Shown here piece after piece: positions 37,345 to 44,946 of a DNA stretch of 44,946 nt; positions within the stretch are counted from its first letter, which is position 1; the number at the start of each line of letters is the position of its first letter. This DNA is from Phoronis australis (taxonomy: Eukaryota; Animalia; Phoronida), in contig NMRA01000250.1 in NCBI GenBank assembly GCA_002633005.1, positions 367,140 through 412,085 of the forward strand, in the 5' to 3' direction. Made by a program: the position numbers and the translations under genes. The notes under the pieces were generated by a model. That model was given only the letters and a program-made list of their open reading frames with translations. It searched no databases and was not told where the DNA came from.

Positions 37345-38002
37345 TTTTTATTACCCATCTTACCAGAGATTACCAAATTATACGTTATTTTCCTGTATTC
37401 ATTATATTGTAACTGTACTAGTCGTAATAAATGACCTTATATCGCCTACCTCCGTCTCCTTTTCATCTCTGGTAACGAGCTTGCGACGCGGGTATCATTT
37501 ATCTATTATTCGGGACATATGTCGATCATAAATGGTATTTCACTCGTTAAATATATTTATGTGAGCATATGGACCCGTCTTACTCCCCCCCCCTTCATTT
37601 CGGTCTATCCCATTAGTTCCTTTGTGTAGGACTACACGTCGTTTTTCCCAGCCTTCGCATTGGTCTGTTGTTATCACGTGCCTCGAGTTTGGTCAGCTCT
37701 TGGCTCTTATAGGCTGATGATTGTCATGTGTCCTTAGGGGTGTTTTCTTTGTTATGGTAACCTCGCTTTCAGTTCATCTTTGTTCCGGCCACATTGTCGT
37801 ACGTTCAAACACTTATTCAATTTTCCCACCCTCTACCCCCAGTTTTCGTCATCCTCTAGCTCGTGTGGCCGGCCCTTTTTTATTGCCCATCTTACCAGAG
37901 AATACCAATTATACGTTATTTACCTGTATTCATTATATTGTAACTGTACTAGTCATAATAAACTTATGACCTTATATCGCCTACCTCCGTCTCCTTTTCA
38001 TC
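37345..38002 (+). repeat. Pair of ~125-bp direct repeats (~37345-37468 and ~37877-38002), possible retroelement termini
   Basis: Both read ccatcttaccagag...cattatattgtaactgtactagtc.taataaa...gaccttatatcgcctacctccgtctccttttcatct. Confidence 0.8.
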
Positions 38003-38378
38003 TTAATACCTCATACCAACTGTTTACCATTTTTGCACCTATAACTACTTTCCTGACCTCTTCAAATTTTACACGACTATTTAAAGAAAGAAACACTGTC
38101 GTTGCCTTCATTACTACACGAGTTTTGTAAATTACTTCGTTCGTCCATGACATTTTAATAAAACATCCATCAAAACTTTCATCACCTGAATAATTTTGGA
38201 ATAAGGTTTGAAAGTCATTTTTCCATTTTTGTAAGACAGTACTTATGTTGGAAAATCTATAGTCAGAATCTAGGACTTCTAAAGATAGGACACTTTGTTT
38301 ACTGGGCCCTAGCGGTTTAATAATTTATTAATTAAAATGTAGAGTTTCTATTCTGTCTTGATGATGAATCTGGAATTT

Positions 38379-38617
38379 GTGGTGTGGTGTCGTAGACACA
38401 GGGTTAGAGTGTGTAGTTTTAAGTGTAGCTTAGCGTAGTTAGTGCTTGCACTTTCTAGATTTCAGCCTCCACGACCACGCAGTCCTCCGGTATGAATTAG
38501 GAAGGCATGCCTAAGACCCCCTTTGGTGGCCTTTAACTACCTCCAATTGACAATAACAGCATCTCGTCGTGGTACACCATGGTAACTGGGCATCTTGCAG
38601 CCCCAGGCAAAATGTTG
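38379..38617 (+). ncRNA. HDV-like self-cleaving ribozyme fold (possibly decayed) at the 5' end of a non-LTR element
   Basis: P1 GTGGTGT (38379-85) pairs with ACACCAT (38574-80), G.U at position 1. P3 ATC/GGT flanks L3 TCGTCGT (38564-70). P4 CTGGG/CCCAG. J4/2 GCAAA (C38608). P2 TAACA/TGTTG. Confidence 0.65.
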
Positions 38618-39950
38618 CAAGTGATCTTGGAAGAGGTTAGGCTTTTAAAGGTACAACGTGCATGATCCATCGGTGTACGGATGTGCTCTGTCGTTCACCA
38701 ACTCCCAGCTATGGGCAAACAGTACCCTTTGTGGGTTGGACTCAAGGCTTGGAACCTTGCAATGTAACAAAATAGCTGTTGTAGCTTAGCGGACGAAGTG
38801 CCTCTCGCATCCTTTCCACATCCACCGCACTAAACGGTCAGAAGAGCAGCAGATGGAGCCAACCTCCCTATCTGAGCGGACGAGGTGTTTGAGAGATCCT
38901 CTCCTCGTCCTACGTACTCAAGGATGAGAAGAGCAAAAACGGCAGTCTCGTCGGCGTCGGGTGGGCGTCAGCAGTGCTGTAGTGGGGCGTAGGCGAACGC
39001 GCGCAGCCAACGACCTTTTGGCATTGGAACGTAGCGCCTACGCACCGTTATGTTACCTTCAGTGCTCAAGGTGATACGGTGGGCTTTCGGCGCTACCTCT
39101 AATTTTACCACTACAGGGCCAGGGCCACTGATGCACGACGGTGATAGGGGTTCTTTAACCCCTATTGGCCAGCTGCCGCCCGGCTCAAGCCTGGTAGCCC
39201 CAGGCCAGTAAGGAACTGACCCACCGCAGTTAGCCTGGCCCTTTGGGCGTGTGGGGTTTAGAGGTTGTTAAAACCTTGACTGGGTTATCGTTACTGCATC
39301 GCCTGCTTCAAGACTTAAGTATTGCAGAAGTAAATATGGATGCTGGACGGCGCGACTGGCAAAGTGCACCCGGATAGAACATTCGCCGTGGCGTCAAGAC
39401 CACGAAAGAAACGCAGAGGTAAAAGAATTGGCAAGCATGCACGGCAACTCAGTACGAGAGTTCAACTCAACCGTCTCGGGAGTAGTTACTCAGTGTAATA
39501 TACGTGGCTTGCGCGGCAGTAAATACATACTGGAGAAAATCTGTCAGTGCTACCGAGACGTCACAATCCTGTTTAAACAAACCAAACTCAAGGACCTAAC
39601 GGATTTTGAGGTCGAGGGTTTCACCTTTCTTAGAGAGGGCATTGCCAATGACAGCAAAGACAGCCACGGCATGGTAGAGCTTGTGGACGGTGCTCAGTTT
39701 CACTTCCAATGAAGCCTCCGTCCGTAACAAACTAGTCAAATAATATATCCTATGTAATTTCTCTCCTAGATGTGACCATTGGAATTTTCTCCACAATCTA
39801 CTTCACATCTATCCTTATACTCTTATTGCTGGCGATTTCAATGCTCGGTTCTCCAGTTGAACTCGAACGGTAAAGGTCTTGCCCGAATGCCTTCCAGAAC
39901 TAGATTTATACGTTCTCTACTCTGAGACACCGGCTGACAAGACTCATGCA
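38379..39950 (+). mobile_element. 5' part of a decayed non-LTR retrotransposon (long GC-rich 5' leader plus broken AP-endonuclease domain)
   Basis: QCNIRGL (39491-39511), ILFKQTKL..EGFTFLR, and in another frame IAGDFNAR (39825-39848) are APE motifs. Frameshifts and stops present; no RT recognised. 3' boundary approximate. Confidence 0.75.
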
Positions 39951-41078
39951 TTGACCATGATGAATCACAAAGTTAACAAAAATTATTTTTTTGTACTATA
40001 GTCAACAAGAAACGCAGCGACATTATTGTATACATTAGCAATGTTACGCGGTGTGTATAATGAGTGTAGAATAAAACGAGTCGTCATTTTAACTTGAAAT
40101 TGTTTGTCGTCTATTGACAAACGTTTTTACTTAATTCTTAACGTTCTGTTGACTCTTGTAAACACTTTCCTCGAGTTAATGCGCTAGTTAATGTGCTTCG
40201 GATCAACGGGAAATTATCAGTACGACCAAAATCATTCCAGTCATCGACGCCTTCGTTTCCTTAAAATTGGATCCCACGTTTTCTTTACTTGCACCGAACT
40301 CTCCCATGAGTTCGCCATCTCCATAGAATTCCGACTCCTCGTTTGGGTCCGGGTTAAAATCTCTTGTAAGTTTATCTGAAAACATTTGAACAAAGTATTT
40401 GAAGGAATTCCGTTTCAAGCTGTCCAAAAAGCTCAAACTGGATGAAATTAGGAAAAGACATCCCATGGTAATTTCCAGTATTGCCAAACTCAGATACAAG
40501 AAACACTGTTTCAACTTACAAACTGGCCCACAAGAAAGACATCGTACGCGCACCCAGGGGGCTCGGGGGGCTCGAATGGCAAAGTGGGGAAAAGACTTCG
40601 CCTTAGAGGGACAAAGTCCGAGAAAACGAGACGAAAGTCCACTGAAAAGACATAAACGCACAATTCACAGCTCCGAGCGTGGTACCCCGTTATTTAGTCT
40701 CCTCGCTTTTTGTTAGTAAAAGGTCCACGTCGTCGATAATTCGAGCCCCCCATATTACAGGGTGGGTGACCCCTAGAAAACTTTACATTCCATAAAAAAG
40801 ACATTACGTTTGACCCATTGTTTGGTGCACGTCTAGAATTATAAATCCACAATTTACACTTGGATATGATAACTCCGTATTAATACCCATTAAAAAGAGA
40901 TATTTATACAGAATTTTCATATTACAATTTTAACAAAAATTTAAATGAAAAACCGAAGGTGTGAAAAAATGAAATTGATTCGAAAGTTTCAAAGTGACAT
41001 TTGATCATATCTTGAAAAACCTGCCCCCCTGCTTAGTGTACCTAAATGGCGAAGTTTAAAAATTCAGAATAGCCCTTA

Positions 41079-41377
41079 GACAATGACCACCACGGCAGGT
41101 GGTATGACGTCATATCCCCTGGCGTGCGCAGTGTGAAAATGGCGATTTACCGATTTTGGGAACTGGACGAGAGACTGCTCGAAGAAAAAGTTTGATAACG
41201 GGAGTATTTGTTCGAGGTATTTATAACAACGTGTCTTTGATGTTTTTGTCAGTGCGAGGCATATTTCGCCGAAAAGCTCCCGGCGTATGAAGCGTCTGTA
41301 GGAGCTCCACCGTCTATGCCAATAATAGAGACGGGTGCCAGTAGAGACAGGTGCCAGTAGAGACGGTGGTCACTGTC
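41079..41377 (-). mobile_element. Complete ~300-bp MITE of the same family
   Basis: TIR gacaatgacca / tggtcactgtc (10/11), flanked by tta and taa. Contains a small 16-bp tandem repeat at ~41326-41366. Confidence 0.75.
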
Positions 41378-41850
41378 TAAATAACCCATAAACTTAAACG
41401 ATAAATTGGCCAATTGACTTATAGCAAGCTCCCCCCCTTAGGAAACGTCGACAAACAAACAATAAGTTTTATCCAGCAACGTTGTTTAGTGTCGGGGTAG
41501 GCATGGTCATAGCTCTCCTACCTTTCACCTCCGTGGCCACTTTCTGAGGGCAACGGGAACTTTGCATTAAACCCATTTACAAATGCTCAAAAGTCAATTT
41601 CAAAAAAAGTTCCCAAGAATACACTTGCACGTTTAGAAGAAATTTTAATTTAAACGTTGGAAAAAATTTTACCTCAACTAATATATTAGCCACCAGGTGT
41701 CAGCGCAAATTGATCCGAACAGCCAATCAAATGCCAGGAAAATATTGTGTCCATATCTTTCCCCTTCAAAAGATGTCTACTTGGCATGAAACCATTCATC
41801 AGAGGACAGTCAGCTGATGTTATCCTGCTGCCTTAGCTAGCTTGTTTATA

Positions 41851-42014
41851 GACAATGACCATCGCCTCTGTTGGCCCGACCAGAGGCGATGCAGCTCCTG
41901 TAGGGGCTCCATACGCCAGAAACTTTTCAGCGAATTATGCCTCGTGCTGGCTAAAGCATGCAAGTCACGTTGTTATAAATACCTTTTGCGTATAGAGGGA
42001 TACCTTAGGAGGTT
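41851..42014 (+). mobile_element. Truncated copy of the GACAATGACCA MITE
   Basis: Colinear with 26875-27039; interrupted at ~42020 by a cagtggcggatctagg terminus. Confidence 0.75.
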
Positions 42015-42289
42015 TGCGGCAGTGGCGGATCTAGGATATCACAAGGGGGGGCCAACATTTTTGTCCGGCCGTAAGCATTTGCGCAAACCACGATTGTAGA
42101 TGTGCATAGCACCGAATGGGGGGAGGTCAGGCAAACCCCCCTCCCGCCCAGGAAATTTTTCTGTTTTTTCCTCTAAAAATCAAGCATTTTCCTTGATTTC
42201 TGAAGTATTATCCAAGAAAAAAAGGCAAAAAAAAAAACACAGGGAACGTGTCACACAGGAAAAACTGCGAGTTCCACAGATTCGAAATC

Positions 42290-42739
42290 TCGACCTGGCT
42301 GATAGCAGAGACCGTAGTGAACAAACTAGCCTTTGACGCTAGGTGTCAGCAATGTTTGGAGAAACTGACCAAAGAATGCAAGTCTGTTGTTGAGGAGCAG
42401 GAACTAATGATCCACTTTAAGGCATACAGTCATACTAGTGACGCATTTGGCTCTCTGTATGTTCCTTCAAGTTCACTGTTGAGTTACCTTAAACTAGTTG
42501 AAAAACTGTTTCAGAGGCACGTTGAGGCGGTGCTGGTGTTAGAAAAGGGGGTCCTGAGTGAGCTCATGAAGTTGGTCTCGTCAACAGTTCCTCAGCTCAA
42601 GTTGTGTGCGGCGCATCAAGAGGAAGCAGATACAGTCCTTAAATGTTACTTGAAATGTAGGTTACACTGCTATTTCAAGTTCGAGACAACATCTTTGGCC
42701 AACTCCAAAAAGGCAAGAGCAGGAAGACTCAAATTTTGA
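42290..42739 (+). pseudogene. C-terminal fragment of a P-element/THAP9-like transposase
   Basis: CQQC...GSLYVPSSSL...VEKLF...LCAAH...CRLH resembles the CxxC..GGLxxPS..E..F..CxxH..RL tail of P/THAP9-type transposases. No upstream catalytic domain or splice context. Confidence 0.6.
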
Positions 42740-44289
42740 GACATGAGTAACTGTTGTAGGTGATAAGAATAGTTACATGTGCTTAGTTCTATATGATATG
42801 TTAGCACCACGGAACGAATGGAGATCATTTGACTGGAAAGATTCATTGTCCTTACCCTGAAGTTTGTGTCTTGTATTAGTGGTCCATGGGACTTTAAACC
42901 TGTTGTATACTTGTTTATGTATTTATGTTAGATGTAATGAATGCCCCTGTTCACGAGGCAGTAGTTGACGTACTGTTGCTCTTGATAACGGATTATTGAC
43001 CAGCCCTGGTTATTTTTGTCTGATGTACGTGTAAACTCAGTTAAAGCTCACCTATGTGGTAATATTCAACTTAACTTGGACACAACTGCAGCAGGGTGTG
43101 CAAATGTTTGACGGGCAAAATCCTGGCCAATACTCTGCCCTGGATATGCCCCTGCACAAGATGCTCCTTGTTTACTGATTATTGTTAAAGCTGCTTGACA
43201 GATTCCGATGAAACTTCGGACTAAGGTCTATGGCTGAGATGCAGCAGCACCATGTGAGTTTGGGGCTTATTTAAATGCAGTGCCTTCCCATTTTCAACGA
43301 AATATTAAATATGCAAAATTATTGTCACAACAGCTTAACAGTGTTTATGCAACATTACACAGGGGTATATGGCAGAGATACATTGACACTACTTGATTTT
43401 CGTACAATTTAAATTTTGTTTGCTATTGTGGTTTGAACAATTTGATTGTGTGGCAGGTAACTGCTTTATTTTATAATTTGAGAAGTGTTGAAGGAAAATG
43501 CACCTACATTGGTGGGTACTTTGGAAGAGTATGTCACTACTAAAACTGGTTGCACTCGCTCATAGTGTCTTTTAGTTGTCTCGATTTTTATCTGAGACAG
43601 GCCTTACAAACATTGAGTCGGGGAAGTAAGGTATCCTTATTTACTTCCATGGTATTCATTTTACTGGCCCATGTACATTTAAGCCTCATTGTGCCTTTTT
43701 ACAGTTGGCTTACAGTCGAGTTAATAAAATGTGCCTTGATAAAACGACTTCTTTCAAATCCGTTTATGAGAACTGGTTGACGTCTGAAAATAATTCCTGT
43801 TAGATGGACTGTGTATTCAATAGGCATCTTTACTGTATTTATGGAGACATACAATGTAGGGTTTTGGTGGAGTGCAAGTAAGAATTGCAAAGCTTAATGA
43901 TTTTCTACCCTACGGGGTTATTACCAGTTTTACTGACCACAAAGAACCCCAGTTGCTACCATATAGAATCCCACCAGGCATGAATACTGGGGGTCCAGAC
44001 TTCCCTGTTTGAGTGTAGGAGTTTGTAAGATGTGAACCCCTAAATCTTTCAAAATCTATACCTGCCCACCCTCCAATCACCCTAAATCAAATCCACCCAG
44101 TCAACACTGATTGGTCACCAGTTTGCCTTCCCCTGTTTATGTTGTATCTATGATTTTTTCTTCATTTACTCGATTTGCTACCAATATGTTAATTTTTACA
44201 ATACGCCACTCAAAGTTTATATTCTCAGTATTTATAAGCAACAGCATTTCACAAGTTTAAATTAGACAAAATAAAATCGTACATAGTAC

Positions 44290-44460
44290 TCGACGTCTTG
44301 CGTACTTCGTAAGCCCACACACACCCGCTAGGTGTCGCCACGGTCCCTGACACAATAATGGCGGCGGCCTTGGTGAATAGTCTTATTAGCGTCTTTGCTG
44401 ATAGAACGCGCGTGCTTTATCACTACACCAACACGATTTCACTACTAAACTTAAACTAAG
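44290..44460 (+). promoter_or_regulatory. CpG-enriched, promoter-like stretch with YY1-like aATGGCGGCGGC
   Basis: Motif at ~44357-44368. The ATG opens only a 33-codon ORF (44358-44459). Could also be repeat-derived. Confidence 0.25.
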
Positions 44461-44946
44461 AGACCTACTTGTTTATGGTCCACAGCGTTTGCGCGTGAAA
44501 CCTACTTCTTTTTGTAATGCTTATTACACGTTTTATATTTTGTGCAATCGGTTCTTAACAAATCTGTTGTATTTAAAATAGTCTTCAAATGCCCAAAAGT
44601 CCAAATCCGTTTTTCGTGTTGGCAATAATGACGGGATTGCTTTGGAAATCGTCTTAAGTTAAGGTTTGACAAAGAGAGAATTAATGAGTTTCTGAGTGAT
44701 TCACTAAGGCTTAGATTAAAATTCACATCTTACAAGCAGCTTCTGTTTTTTCATCGTCACTCAGGTTCCATTTTCTTTAAAAATGAAGTAAATTTTCTCC
44801 ATTGCACAGTGGAGCAGACGATGGAAACGGGGTCGCAGTGCGCAGCGCCACTGCCGGTCGCCTGGGATATCGCGGGAGAGCTTATACTTAGCCATAGTTC
44901 CGTTACGAATGCGCCGTGTTCCGAATTTGACACTTGAAATTGGATC

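Noticed and set aside
38830-38920. Possible hammerhead ribozyme (cagaaga...stem...ggac...stem...gtc)
   Set aside because: Both core strands deviate from CUGANGA and GAAA, and no stem I could be formed.
39200-39490. 2A-like peptide (DxExNPGP) expected before the endonuclease in ingi-type elements
   Set aside because: No such motif was seen by eye upstream of QCNIRGL.
40203-40716. Overlapping 152-aa and 105-aa ORFs
   Set aside because: No recognisable domain or splice context; probably TE-derived, but I could not assign it.

Overview
Eukaryotic (metazoan, probably invertebrate), AT-rich genomic DNA. Most ORFs in the supplied track are spurious. Two spliced genes can be assembled by hand with consistent intron phases, and they sit head-to-head. 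TBCEL (tubulin cofactor E-like, LRR + ubiquitin-like) is on the minus strand, 7 coding exons, 22090->11632, ~430 aa, with one probable GC-AG intron. A PRA1/RABAC1-family prenylated Rab acceptor is on the plus strand, 5 coding exons, 26506->33369, 193 aa. The rest is transposon debris and minisatellites. The most notable items are (1) an HDV-like self-cleaving ribozyme fold (38379-38617) heading a decayed AP-endonuclease non-LTR retrotransposon, and (2) two inverted ~1.7 kb Kolobok-type deletion derivatives (19843-21523, 34539-36194) that retain convergent stubs of a THAP ORF and a second 'GYxFEPEY' ORF. Also present: other THAP/P-element remnants, tRNA-derived SINE heads (one with a tandemly amplified B box), MITEs, Helentron/HINE-like fragments and eight minisatellite arrays. 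I found no clearly new biological system; the ribozyme and the Kolobok derivatives are new-looking instances of known classes. All calls were made by eye without database searches.
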